DNA from: Eledone cirrhosa | Taxonomy: Eukaryota | Reading direction: 5' to 3' | Length of the DNA stretch: 64,000 nt | Assembly (NCBI GenBank): GCA_964016885.1 | Contig: OZ024741.1 | Location: 339,140,001 to 339,204,000, forward strand | Shown: in pieces, positions 1 to 15,895 of the stretch | Layout: every line of letters starts with the position of its first letter | How positions within the stretch are numbered: the stretch's first letter is position 1 | The notes under the pieces: model-generated | Told to the model about the DNA's origin: nothing | Seen by the model: the letters and a program-made list of their open reading frames with translations, nothing else | The model's database searches: none | Program-made: the position numbers and the translations under genes

Positions 1-870
1 CAACAACACCAACACCACCAACAACAACACCAACACCACCAACAACACCAACAACAACACCACCAACAACACCACCAACAACAACACCAACACCACCAAC
101 AACAACACCAACACCACCAACAACAACACCAACACCACCAACAACAACACCAACACCACCAACAACAACACCAACACCACCAACAACACCAACACCACCA
201 ACAACACCACCAACAACAGCACCAACAACACCAACAACACCAACAACAACACCAACACCACCAACAACACCAACACCACCAACAACAGCACCAACAACAC
301 CAACAACACCAACAACAACACCAACAACACCAACAACACCAACAACAACACCAACACCACCAACAACAACATCAACAACAACACCAACACCACCAACAAC
401 AACACCATCACCACCACCAACAACAACACCAACACCACCAACAACAACACCAACAACAACACCAACACCACCAACAACAACACCAACACCACCACCAACA
501 ACACCAACAACACCAACAACACCAACAACAACACCAACACCACCAACAACAACACCAACAACAACACCAACACCACCAACAACAGCACCACCACCAACAA
601 CACCAACAACACCAACACCACCAACAACACCAACACCACCAACAACAGCACCACCACTAACAGCAATGTAACCAACATCACCAATACACCACCACTGCCA
701 CTACCCCCCCCCCCCCATACCATCACAGCCACTACCTCCACCACCACCACCACCACCACCACCGCCACCACCACCACCACCACCACCACCACCACCACTG
801 CCACTACCTCCACCACCACCACCACCACCACCACCACCACCACCAACAACAATAACAACAACAACAACAA
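1..870. repeat. (CAA/CAC)n then (CCA)n trinucleotide array
   Basis: Directly visible low-complexity triplet repeats. Confidence 0.95.
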
Positions 871-939
871 ATGACAAATAAAGAATTTCTGAAACTATAT
901 ATTTTGATCTTGTTAACAAGGAATGTAGGAAAGTGGTTA

Positions 940-1572
940 GACATACATATACATAGATACATACACATATATATATACATTCAAACACACATACAGAGAT
1001 ACATACATACATACATACATACATACATACATACATACACATACATACAAATATACAGAGATACATACACACACACACATATATATATATATATACATAT
1101 ATACACATGCACACATACATACATATACATAGATACATACTTACATACATACAAACACACACATGCATACATACATACATATACAGAAATACATACATAC
1201 ATATATACCTATACAGGAATACATACATACATACATTCACACATACATACATATACAAAGATACATATGTACATAGATATATAAACACATACATAAATAA
1301 TACAATACACACACTCACACGCACGTGTGTGTGTACATATGTGTATATGTGTCAGTGTACATGTATGTATGTATGTGTGTGTGTGTGTATGTGTGTGTGC
1401 CTGTGTATGTGTGTGTACATGTACAGGTGTGTGGGTGTGTGTACATGTCCGTGTGTGTGTATGTGTGTACGTGTGTGTGTATGAATGTGTGTGTGTGTAC
1501 ATGTGTACGTGTGCGTGTGTATGTATGAGTGTGTACATGTGTGTGTGCGTGTACGTGTGTGTGTGTGTGTGT
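940..1572. repeat. (ATAC/AC)n followed by (GT/ATGT)n degenerate microsatellite
   Basis: Visible; polarity switches near 1323. Confidence 0.9.
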
Positions 1573-1727
1573 ATATTCTATATTTCTGATTTTACCGTTA
1601 AATTTTTACTTTTTTGGAATATGTGGAATTTTCCATTTTCTTTGTGTCATTTTTTTTTCAATATAAAAGCTGGTAATAAATTATATGAAATTTATGAAAA
1701 TGGAGTATTACAACAACAACAATAATA

Positions 1728-1945
1728 ATGATTCCTTATATAGGCACAAGGCCAGCAATTTTGGGGGAGGGGAAATTCGATTAAATCGACCCTACTGCGT
1801 GACTGGTACTTTATTTTATCGACTCCGTAAGGATGACAGGCAAAATTAACCTCAGCAGGATTTGAACTCAGAAGGTAAAGGGCCATAACTCTATGCTGCA
1901 AAGCATGGCATCTGACGCTCTACCGATACTGCCAGTCCACTGCGC
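1728..1945 (-). mobile_element. tRNA-derived SINE, family A (long form)
   Basis: Minus strand has A-box-like TGGCAGTATCGG, B-box-like GAGTTCAAATCC, central GCCTkTCATCCTTACGGrGTCGATAAAATAAAGTACCAG and an (ATT)n tail; more than 12 copies in the window. Confidence 0.85.
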
Positions 1946-1964
1946 TAATAATAAAAATAATAAT

Positions 1965-2318
1965 GCTTTATTTTATAGGCCTCAAGGGGACAATACAAGA
2001 AGATTGCAACTCAAAGTAAGCTTTACATTCAGTAAAAAGGTTTAAAAAATCACCAAAAGCAAAATAAATGTAACAAATTTTTGACTACAAAATTCCCTAA
2101 GAATGGTGGGGGAAGACAACCTAGAAGACCCTTTATGCAGACAACTCCTGTATTACTCTGTATCATGAAAGGCATTGAAAGAGCCCTCTCTCAGTTTCTT
2201 GGCCTCCTCTCTAGTTAAAGAAGACTCATTTAGCTGTGACAATATCACTTACCTTTCATGAAACATTTTAGAAGACAAAACCACCTTCTCTAACTGCTTA
2301 CACTTTCCTCTTGAAGAC
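1965..2318 (-). mobile_element. Decayed L1/Tx1-like LINE 3' end
   Basis: AATAAA-type tail and degenerate C-terminal peptide (..VVLSSKMFHER..); similar layout to 5104-5485. Confidence 0.45.
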
Positions 2319-2319
2319 T

Positions 2320-2529
2320 TACCATATATACTTGGATATAAGCCAATCCAAATATAAGCCGACCCCCTCTATTTTTTATTTGAGAAATGGGCAAAAATCC
2401 GAACCCCATTTATAAACCAAGGCAGCTAATCAATACATTGTTTAGATGGCATATATAAACTGACTGCACCATTTTACCATCGATTTTTTGGTCACATATT
2501 CCTTGGCTTATATTTGAATATATATGGGA
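2320..2529. mobile_element. Tc1/mariner (pogo/Tigger-like) MITE
   Basis: Imperfect TIRs CCATATATACTTGGATATAAGCC / GGCTTATATTTGAATATATATGG. Confidence 0.6.
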
Positions 2530-2915
2530 TGAGGTGATAAAAGCGGACCTTGCACCTCTCAAAGGTGATGACACAGGATTAAGACCTATGGTGTTATGCC
2601 GTAATACAGAAGACCCGACTTCCCACGAGTATAGAAGCCGAAGCTGAAGCATATAGACAATATGCCCCCACCTCCTCCCACTGCAAATCGGTCATGGCGG
2701 TGTCATGACAAAAAAGCAGCCAGCCCACACTGGAAAGTGGTCGTGTAGGCCCCACGACAAAAAGCACCCAGGACTCACTGCAAATGAAGTTGGTGTTAGC
2801 ATCCAGCTGTAGAAATCAAGCCAAAATCAGTTCTGTATGAGCAAGACATGGTCACAACAGGACAGCTCGTGTAACCCATGCTAGTGTGGAAGAATGGATG
2901 TAAAACGATGATAAT
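2527..2915 (+). mobile_element. RTE-type 3' end / SINE tail repeat
   Basis: Homologous to 20985-21384 and 9368-9692; ends AACCCATGCTAG..AAAACGATGAT. Confidence 0.7.
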
Positions 2916-3267
2916 ATGGTACTTGAAGATGTTAATGAAGGTTTGGCTAATAATGAACTCTTTAGTATTTACATTACTCTATATTTACTATTGTATTTTT
3001 GTGGTAAAGGCTTTATCTCACTTAATTATCTCACATAATATAGAATCTACGAGGTTTTGATATTATTTATTTCGAGAACAATACCTTAACATAAGTATAA
3101 GCAACCAGTTATAGCCAGTTTGAATAGAAAGAGGTGAGAGAATTCTGACTGGATATGGCCAGATATGGCCGTTTAAGTGCTAAAGCTTAAATAATTCACT
3201 CATGGCCAAAATACAACTTCTTTTACTATAGACACCATGGAGAGAAAAACTTGTCACTCTTCTTTGT

Positions 3268-3840
3268 CATGACGATAACAATGATAATGATGATGGTGAC
3301 AATGACAATGATGATAACAATGACAATAATAGTGATGACAGTGATGATAATGACAATGCTGATTATGATAGTGATGATGGTGATGTTGGTGACAATGGTG
3401 ATGATGATGACGATGGTGGTGATGATGATGATGACGACGGTGGTGATGGCGATGGTGACAATGGTGGTGATGGCGATGGTGATGAAAATGATAACACTGG
3501 TGATGATAGTGATGATGATGATAATGATGATGATGATGATGATAATGGTGATAATAGTGATGATGATAATAATGATGATGATGATGATGACAATGGTGAT
3601 AATAGTGATGATGATAATAATGATGATGATAGTGATGATGATAATAATGATGATGATGATGATGGTGATAATAGTGATGATGATAATAATGATGATGATA
3701 GTGATGATGATAATAATGATGATGATGATGATGATGGTGATAATAGTGATGATGATAATGATGATGATGATGATGGTGGTGATAATAGTGATAATGATGA
3801 TGATGATGGTGGTGATAATAGTGATGATGGTGACGACGGT
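3268..3840. repeat. (ATG)n degenerate microsatellite
   Basis: Visible. Confidence 0.95.
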
Positions 3841-4034
3841 TATTGGAGATCCAAGTGTACAGTCCTGTAATTCTACTAAATACATTTTATTGTGGCACCA
3901 GTACTAAAGTAGTTATGTCTTTGACATTACTAAAGAGTCTTTCCAACCATTTGTTGGCAGCTTTTCTATGACTGGATGCCCTTCCTATCAACAACCACTT
4001 TACTTTATGATATTTATTATTTAAATATTATAAA

Positions 4035-4250
4035 GGGCGATGGATTGGCAGTATCAGTAGAGTGTCAGACAACATGCTTTATGGCATAGAGTTACGGCCC
4101 TTTATGATCCGAGTCCAAATCCTGCTGAGGTTGACTTTGTCTTTCATCCTTATGAGGTCGATAAAATAAAGTACCAGTAATGTACTGGCTTGATTTAATT
4201 GACTTTTCCCTCCCCCAAAATTGTTGGCCTTGTGCCTAAATCAGAAACTA
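4035..4250 (+). mobile_element. SINE family A (long form)
   Basis: Full-length match to the reverse complement of 1728-1945. Confidence 0.85.
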
Positions 4251-4373
4251 ATAGTTATTTAATTTTTGGTTTTGATGATCCAGTAAATTACTCAACTTTT
4301 CACCATCAGAGGTATCCATCAATGGGTTACCACTGCTATTTATTTCTCACTGATAGGTTTAATGTCATTTTAG

Positions 4374-4457
4374 GATGATGATGATGATGATGATTCTAAA
4401 AATGTTATCAAAATCTCTACCTACTCAATGTCAGTGGCTGAGGTGGAAATGAAACAG
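4374..4457 (+). CDS. Possible 84-bp internal exon (DDDDDDDSKNVIKISTYSMSVAEVEMKQ)
   Basis: TTTTAG acceptor at 4368-4373, open frame, CAG|GTGGAG donor; no homology recognised. Confidence 0.3.
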
Positions 4458-4880
4458 GTGGAGGGAAGGGGAAGTTAAGCAGGGTAGGGGGAGAGGAAGA
4501 TGAAGGAGGTAATGGGAGAGGGGATGGTGAAGCAGACAAAGGAAGGGGGTGAAGCAGGTAGAGGAAGGGGAATGAACCAAGGTAGAGAGAGGGGGGATTG
4601 AAGCAAGGTAGAGGAAGGGGGAGGTGAAGCAAGGTAAGGGAGGTGAATCAGGTAGAGGAAGGGGTGAAGTAGGGTAAAGGGGTGAAGCAGGTAGTGGAAG
4701 GGAGGGGGGTTAAACCAAGGTAGGGGAAGGGGTAGGTGAAGGAAGGTAGAGGACGGGGGGGGGGTGTATAAAACCAAGGTAGAGGAACGGGAGGTGAAGC
4801 AGGTAGTGGGAGGAGGAGGTGAAGCAGGGTAGAGGGAGGGTGAGGTGAAGCAACATAGTGTGAGGGTGCCGGGGTGGGGG
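4458..4880. repeat. Purine-rich degenerate tandem repeat (GGTGAAGCAGGTAGAGGAAGG-like)
   Basis: Visible recurring unit. Confidence 0.8.
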
Positions 4881-5031
4881 AGATATATTTAAAACAAAGA
4901 TAAACACTAGTTGTAATACTATTGTGAAACAACAACAATGGTGATGGTGTTAATGTCAGCAATCAACAGCAATAAACTGTTTACTGGGATAGAGAAGGGT
5001 TTGGGTTGGTGTGTGTGTATGTGTGTCTGTT

Positions 5032-5067
<36 letters not shown>

Positions 5068-5103
5068 TTATATAGGAGGGTTTGGGGATATATATATATA
5101 GAT

Positions 5104-5485
5104 ATATTTCTTTATTAGCCACAAGGGCGCACAAGAAAAGAGGGCAATACAAAGACCTGCCGGGGATTTTACATACAGTCGTGTAAAAATTATAAAAACA
5201 AACAATTACAACAATCGAAACCCCCAATAGGGGGGAGGCGCCACAAATGGGTTGTTTAATACCCCGTCAATAGAACAACCCTCAATTCCAGGAGCGTGTT
5301 GTGCAAGTGCTCCTTTCTTCCTTTTGCTCTCTTCCTCAACCTACAGGCTTATAAACAGAGAAGGCCCAATCACTAGGGCCATTTTCGCTTCATTCACCCA
5401 CCTTTCAGTAAATTTACTGGGGTGCAGTGCCTCTCTCTCCACCCTGATTCTCCTTCTAAAGTGATACTTAAAGAAGGGAATCAAT
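5104..5485 (-). mobile_element. L1/Tx1-like LINE 3' fragment inserted in TA repeat
   Basis: Minus-strand peptide LIPFFKYHFRRRIRVEREALHPSKFTERWVNEAKMALVIG, then 3' UTR with AATAAA. Confidence 0.6.
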
Positions 5486-5488
5486 TAT

Positions 5489-5523
<35 letters not shown>

Positions 5524-6015
5524 TAGATTATATAGGAGGGTTTGGGGATATATATATATAGAGAGAGAGATAGATAGATAGATAGATAGATATAGATTAT
5601 ATAGGAGGGTTTGGGGATATATATATATATATATATATAGATAGATAGATAGATATAGATTATATAGGAGGGTTTGGGGATATATATATATATATATATA
5701 TAGATAGATAGATATAGATTATATAGGAGGGTTTGGGGATATATATATATATAGAGAGAGATAGATAGATAGATAGATAGATATAGATTATATAGGAGGG
5801 TTTGGGGATATATATATATATAGAGAGAGATAGATAGATAGATAGATAGATATAGATTATATAGGAGGGTTTGGGGATATATATATATATATAGATAGAT
5901 AGATAGATAGATATAGATTATATAGGAGGGTTTGGGGATATATATATATATATAGATAGATAGATAGATAGATATAGATTATATAGGAGGGTTTGGGGAT
6001 ATATATATATATATA
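5486..6015. repeat. About 60-bp compound minisatellite (GATA)n-GATTATATAGGAGGGTTTGGGGA-(TA)n
   Basis: About 9 copies, plus one at 5065-5090. Confidence 0.9.
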
Positions 6016-7119
6016 TCCCAAACCCTCCTCTACATCCTCCTAAGTGTGATACTAATAAGACTTTGTATTTTTGTATCTCTGTGTTTGTCTTGTCATTATA
6101 TATATATATATATATATATACTTCCATTTGTCTCTGTATATTTGTGTATGTATATATATATATATATATATACATACACACACACACACACAAATATACA
6201 GTGACAAATGGAAGTACACACTCACACACACAAATAAAAATAAACTGATGCATGCATGTACATACACAACTACCTACCTCAATATACATACATGCAGTTC
6301 ACATGTGTGTATACATGTGTGTATACATGTGTGTATACATGTGTGGTGTATACATGCAACAAATATAACACATTCTATAGCCTTTTCTACTAAGATCTTT
6401 TGATGTAAAGGAAATTATTTTCATTTCTTTTCAGCTTCTTTTCATCTCTCTCTCCCCCACCCTGATTTTCTTTCTCTTTCTCTGTTTCCCCCACCTCATG
6501 ACTTTCTTTCCCCCTCTCTCTCTGTTTCCCCCACCACAGACATCCTCTCACTCTGTCTATCTTCCCCACCTCTGACTTTCTTTTCTCTCTACCCCCCCCC
6601 CCGATCTTGACTTTCTCTCTTTCTCTGTATCCCCACCCTGTGACTCTCTTTTATTCTTTCCTTTAATTATTTTTCAAAAGTGTTTAATTAGCGTTTAATT
6701 GATTTGTAAATGATCTTTTAACACATTTATAAATTGCAGTAATCACAATAGCATATTTAGATTAGTAGTGAGAGGGGGTGATGGTAGTAGAGGTAATCTC
6801 CCACATATATACAAAATCTGTAGTGACCTGGTAGGACCTGGTATGGTTTCATGTGACCCTGGTGATTTTTTGTGACCTGGTGTTAGTGTGATCTAGTGAG
6901 AACTAGTGTCACCTTATATGACCCTGTGTGATTTTCTGTGATCTGGAGTGACCTGGAGTTAGTGGGACCTAGTGTGACCTCATGTGACCCTGTGTGATTG
7001 TATACAATCTGGTGTAATCTGGTGTGATCTGGTGTGATCTGCTGTGATCTGGTGTCAGTTTGAAAGGTAAATATTACACTTGTTTTATGTTGTCTTATAT
7101 ATAAACAACATGTCATATT

Positions 7120-8460
7120 GGTTAGGGTATTGACCTGAGTCAGCAGCTCAGTATTTAGCACCCAGGGCTAACCTTACAATGTATGTTAGGGTATTGGTTG
7201 AGCCAGCAGCTCAGTATTTAGCACCCAGGGCTAACCTTACAATGTATGTTAGGGTATTGACCTGAGTCAGCAGCTCAGTATTTAGCACCCAGGGCTAACC
7301 TTACAATGTATGTTAGGGTATTGGTTGAGCCAGCAGATCAGTATTTAACATCCAGGGCTAACCTTACAATGTATGTTAGGGTATTGGTTGAGCCAGCAGC
7401 TCAGTATTTAACATCCAGAGCTAACCTTACAATGTATGTTAGGGTATTGGTTGAGCCAGCAGCTCAGTATTTAACATCCAGGGCTAACCTTACAATGTAT
7501 GTTAGGGTATTGGTTGAGCCAGCAGCTCAGTATTTAGCACCCAGGGCTAACCCTACAATGTATGTTAGGGTATTGGTTGAGCCAGCAGCTCAGTATTTAA
7601 CATCCAGAGCTAACCTTACAATGTATGTTAGGGTATTGGTTGAGCCAGCAGCTCAGTATTTAACATCCAGGCTAACCTTACAATGTATGTTAGGGTATTG
7701 GTTGAGCCAGCAGCTCAGTATTTAGCATCCAGGGCTAACCTTACAATGTATGTTAGGGTATTGGTTGAGCCAGCAGCTCAGTATTTAACATCCAGGGCTA
7801 ACCCTACAATGTATGTTAGGGTATTGGTTGAGCCAGCAGCTCAGTATTTAACATCCAGGGCTAACCTTACAATGTATGTTAGGGTATTGGTTGAGCCAGC
7901 AGCTCAGTATTTAACATCCAGGGCTAACCCTACAATGTATGTTAGGGTATTGGTTGAGCCAGCAGCTCAGTATTTAACATCCAGGGCTAACCCTACAATG
8001 TATGTTAGGGTATTGGTTGAGCCAGCAGCTCAGTATTTAACATCCAGGGCTAACCCTACAATGTATGTTAGGATATTGGTTGAGCCAGCAGCTCAGTATT
8101 TAACATCCAGGGCTAACCCTACAATGTATGTTCAGGTATTGGTTGAGTCAGCAGCTCAGTATTTAGCATCCAGGGCTAACCCTACAATGTATGTTCAGGT
8201 ATTGGTTGAGCCAGCAGCTCAGTATTTAACATCCAGGGCTAACCCTACAATGTATGTTAAGGTATTGGTTGAGTCAGCAGCTCAGTATTTAGCATCCAGG
8301 GCTAACCTTAATGTGTATGTTCAGATATTGGTTGAGCCAGCAGCTCAGTATTTGACATCCAGGGCTAACCCTAAAATGTATGTTAGGGTATTGGTTGAAC
8401 CATCAGCTCAGTATTTAGCATCCAGGGTTAACCCTAGTAAGTGTGTTTGGATATTAAGCA
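7120..8460. repeat. 63-bp minisatellite, about 21 copies
   Basis: Unit TGTTAGGGTATTGGTTGAGCCAGCAGCTCAGTATTTAACATCCAGGGCTAACCYTACAATGTA; 21-aa periodicity in the ORF track. Confidence 0.95.
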
Positions 8461-8571
8461 CTATAAGAAGAAACTTATACAGACCTCGTCTGTCTCAAAG
8501 AAATTTTGTTCATTTCTGCCACTGCTCATTCTCCTCTCTCTTTCTATTTCTTCTTTAATTTCTCATTCTAT

Positions 8572-8605
8572 TTCCTGAGGAAGGACTAGCATCCAAAACG
8601 TTAAG
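8572..8605 (+). ncRNA. Degenerate minimal hammerhead ribozyme (PLE pseudo-LTR remnant)
   Basis: CTGAGGA-A-GGA ctagca TCC-AAAAC-GTT; G12 mutated to A. Confidence 0.4.
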
Positions 8606-9236
8606 ACTTTTCTACTATATTAAGTGTGAAACTAATATATACTTACATTGTATTTCATCATCTGTTATGTTTTTCCATTTACTTTTCACATGTACACACA
8701 CACACACATATATATATATATAGATATATATACATATACATATAAATTAAATCTGCTATCCTAACAACTCATCTCCAACCACTCCTTTAAGACTTTCACA
8801 GGGATACTCCCTTGTTAATGGGTTTTTAAACCCGAAAATATTTTGGATAATTAAATTTGCTATGGTAAAATTCTATCGTTATCTTGGCACCTTTAATTTT
8901 CTAATGCATTGTATGGCTTTTAAGATTATTTAAATTTATATTTCCTATTCAACAATGCTTCAAGCAAACTACAACACTCTGATATATATCATCATCATCA
9001 TCATTCTCGTTTAACGTCCACTTTCCACGCTAGCATGGGTTATATATATATACTTCGGTTTTGAATTTGTTTTGCAAGATTTCTTATCTGAAAACCTGTG
9101 TTGAAACAGATATTGTTATACTTTGGGAGGGTCATGCTGCCAATAAAAACACACGCACCTGTTGGTTTTCACTTCAATTTATTATAAATTTCTGGTTGGC
9201 TGGTTAGTTCGATAACCAGATGGTTGTTTATATATT

Positions 9237-9279
9237 GTCAAAGATCTTTCGTCACACATCCTGAGACCTCCTCAGTGAC
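9237..9279 (-). ncRNA. Minimal type I hammerhead ribozyme
   Basis: GTCA CTGAGGA G GTCtcaggatgtgtGAC GAAA GATC TT TGAC; stem I GTCA/TGAC; lies in a TA-flanked island (9053-9356) with a 25-bp inverted repeat at 9110-9134/9332-9356. Confidence 0.8.
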
Positions 9280-9367
9280 TAGGTTTTTATTTTGTGTCTC
9301 TCCTTTGTTCTGTCCTACACCATCCTGTTTTTGACCCTCCCAAAGTATAACAATATATATATATATA

Positions 9368-9691
9368 TTCGACCTCCCATGGGTACAAGCTGAAGCATAT
9401 AGACAATATGGCCCCAGACCCTTCCACTGCAAGGTGGTCGTGGAGGTGCCACGGCAAAAAAGCACCCAGCCCACACTGTAAAGTGGACGTGTAGGCGCCA
9501 CGAAAAAGCACCCACCACTCACTGTAAATTAGGTTGGTGTTAGGAAGGGCATCCAGCTGTAGAAATCAAGCCAAATCAGTTCCTGTATGAGCAAGGCATG
9601 GTCAGCCAACCAGACACTGCCCACAACAGGACAATCCGTCTAACCCATGCTAGCGTGGAAGAACGGACGTAAAACGATGATGATGATGATG

Positions 9692-9692
<1 letters not shown>
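9368..9692 (+). mobile_element. RTE-tail SINE-like repeat, 5' truncated
   Basis: Homology to 2620-2915 and 21080-21384; (GAT)n tail. Confidence 0.75.
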
Positions 9693-9753
<61 letters not shown>

Positions 9754-9879
9754 TTGTGGTAAGGTTGCTTGGATGCGTCCATAGGTGGTATGCCAGTTAA
9801 GCACTCTATGCTCCTTTGGAGCAGAGTATGATAATATGGAAAACGAAGAATCAGTGATGCATCAGAACACAACTTTATT

Positions 9880-9972
9880 ACATATTACAATTGTTTCTCC
9901 GGCGAACAGCTTGAGGTGCGATCTGTTTGTGGATCGAACCTGACTCTGGATTCGCAAGTTCCTCAGATACGT
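9880..9972 (-). ncRNA. Type I hammerhead ribozyme with 62-nt stem II
   Basis: ACGTAT CTGAGGA [62 nt incl. TGCGAAT/GTTCGC and AGGTTCGATC/GATCGCACCT] GAAAC AATT GTA ATATGT. Confidence 0.8.
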
Positions 9973-10771
9973 CTAGTGATTTCGAGGCAAATATATATAT
10001 ATATATATACACATAGATACAAGTATTTTCTATGTGCATATGTGTTTGTTTTATGTCCAACGTTATGCATTGTTGTCTGCATCTTTCCTTCTACATTTAT
10101 CATTATTTTACTTCCACCCTTCCTATTTCTTCCATTGATTGACATTACTATTATTTTAATTCCTCAAAACAGCCATAAAAAAGGGCGTCAAAATCACTTA
10201 TACTATAAGGTCCTACATATACTATAAAGCTCTCCCTACAAACACACGTACACCACTGTTTATAATTATGCCAGACCTGTAAAAGAAAGCCAAAATATGC
10301 ACGCCTTAGACTCTCCCTCCAAATACATATACCACCATGTACTTCTACAGAAATAAGTTAAGTTCTCCTAACTTGAACATCCTGGAAAATACAGCATTAA
10401 TGCTTTCAGCCACAGTGGCATAAATAGAAGAAATGTTTCCAAGGAAAACTCTAAACCATCTGATCCCTTCCACCATTCTTCACCAACACAAACCATAATA
10501 ACATTTCAATAGATGTCCCCAAAACACCCCTATCATTCCTGGGATGTAGCCAGTTGTTTCTTAATTGCAAATTCAAAGTAGCTGTGAATCTTCTTAAATT
10601 CACAACAACATACTTATATATATATATTTTTTTTTCTCTCCATTTTTTGGCTTATAAACACACACACACACAAACAAACACACACACACATAATTTGATA
10701 TATATATATATATATATATTTTTTTTAAAAACTCTAATATACCAATCTTTCTCTCTCTCCAAACTTTGCTA

Positions 10772-10807
10772 TTTCCCGAAGAAGGACTTATGTCAGATAC
10801 GTCGAAA
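10772..10807 (+). ncRNA. Degenerate minimal hammerhead ribozyme
   Basis: TTTC CCGAAGA A GGAC TTAT GTCA GATAC GTC GAAA; three substitutions relative to the intact type at 25114-25145. Confidence 0.5.
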
Positions 10808-10951
10808 CCCTCATTTACTTCTTCCCAAGCATTCAACTAATAAGACTTTGTGTTTTTGCATCTCAGCTTTTGTCATGTAACGATAGGCTGTCCAGTTGTG
10901 GGAACATAATGATGATGATGATGATGATATTTTTTTTTCTATCTTTTTCAG

Positions 10952-11271
10952 GTTGCTATTCTTGCCAACAACCAGAAAAGTTTCTGAGCCCAGATAAAAT
11001 ATCCTTCCCTCGGATTTTCAACCGACCAAAGAACCCTCATGGTACCAGTACAACAATGTGTTCATACCAGCCAAGTACAGGACACAATACAACAAGCAGC
11101 AGCAACAGTAATGATGTTATTGATTTAAAATCAATGATCACTGATAGAAACAATCCAAATTTAGCGTCACCACCATGGATACTTCCCACGAAAAACAGTT
11201 TCACTTCTTACGCTAAACCCTTACCGCGACGACCCAAAGCAGCACCAACACCAACAAAGGGGTCGTTATGA
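10952..11271 (+). CDS. Probable terminal coding exon of an unidentified host gene (S/T/P/N-rich C-terminus)
   Basis: Strong polypyrimidine tract plus CAG acceptor (10950-10951), about 105 non-repetitive codons to TGA, AATAAA at 11320-11325. Confidence 0.6.
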
Positions 11272-11489
11272 AACTCTGATAAAAAAAATATCTGAATATC
11301 TAAAATATGATAATTTATGAATAAACTGCTCACTGATGTGAGAAGGGGTGGGGGTATAAATGTGTCTTTTCGTTTGTGTCTGTGTCGATGAGCCTATGTA
11401 TGCGTGCGTGTGTAAATGCAGTGTTTTATATATATGTATATATATTCAATATGGAAAATAAACATTTTAAAGTGAAACTTTGTTATCTC

Positions 11490-15778
<4,289 letters not shown>

Positions 15779-15895
15779 ATGTGGGATGTAGACATTGAAA
15801 TATAGAGGGCCACAGTTCAATGAAGGATATCTCACACCTTGTAGTCTGTAGAAGGAGGATGGAACATTTATTCTTTGGAAAACTAAAAGAACAAG

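Noticed and set aside
701-1725. ORFs rich in YI/CV/HT, here and throughout the window
   Set aside because: Translations of (TA)n/(CA)n microsatellites that lack stops by construction
3226-3907. Met/Ile-rich 218-219 aa ORFs
   Set aside because: (ATG)n repeat artefact
7122-8440. Interstitial telomere
   Set aside because: Only one TTAGGG per 63-bp unit, not tandem
7306-8558. Repeat protein MYVRVLVEPAAQYLTSRANLT as a CDS
   Set aside because: Minisatellite with a frameshift; no splice or homology support
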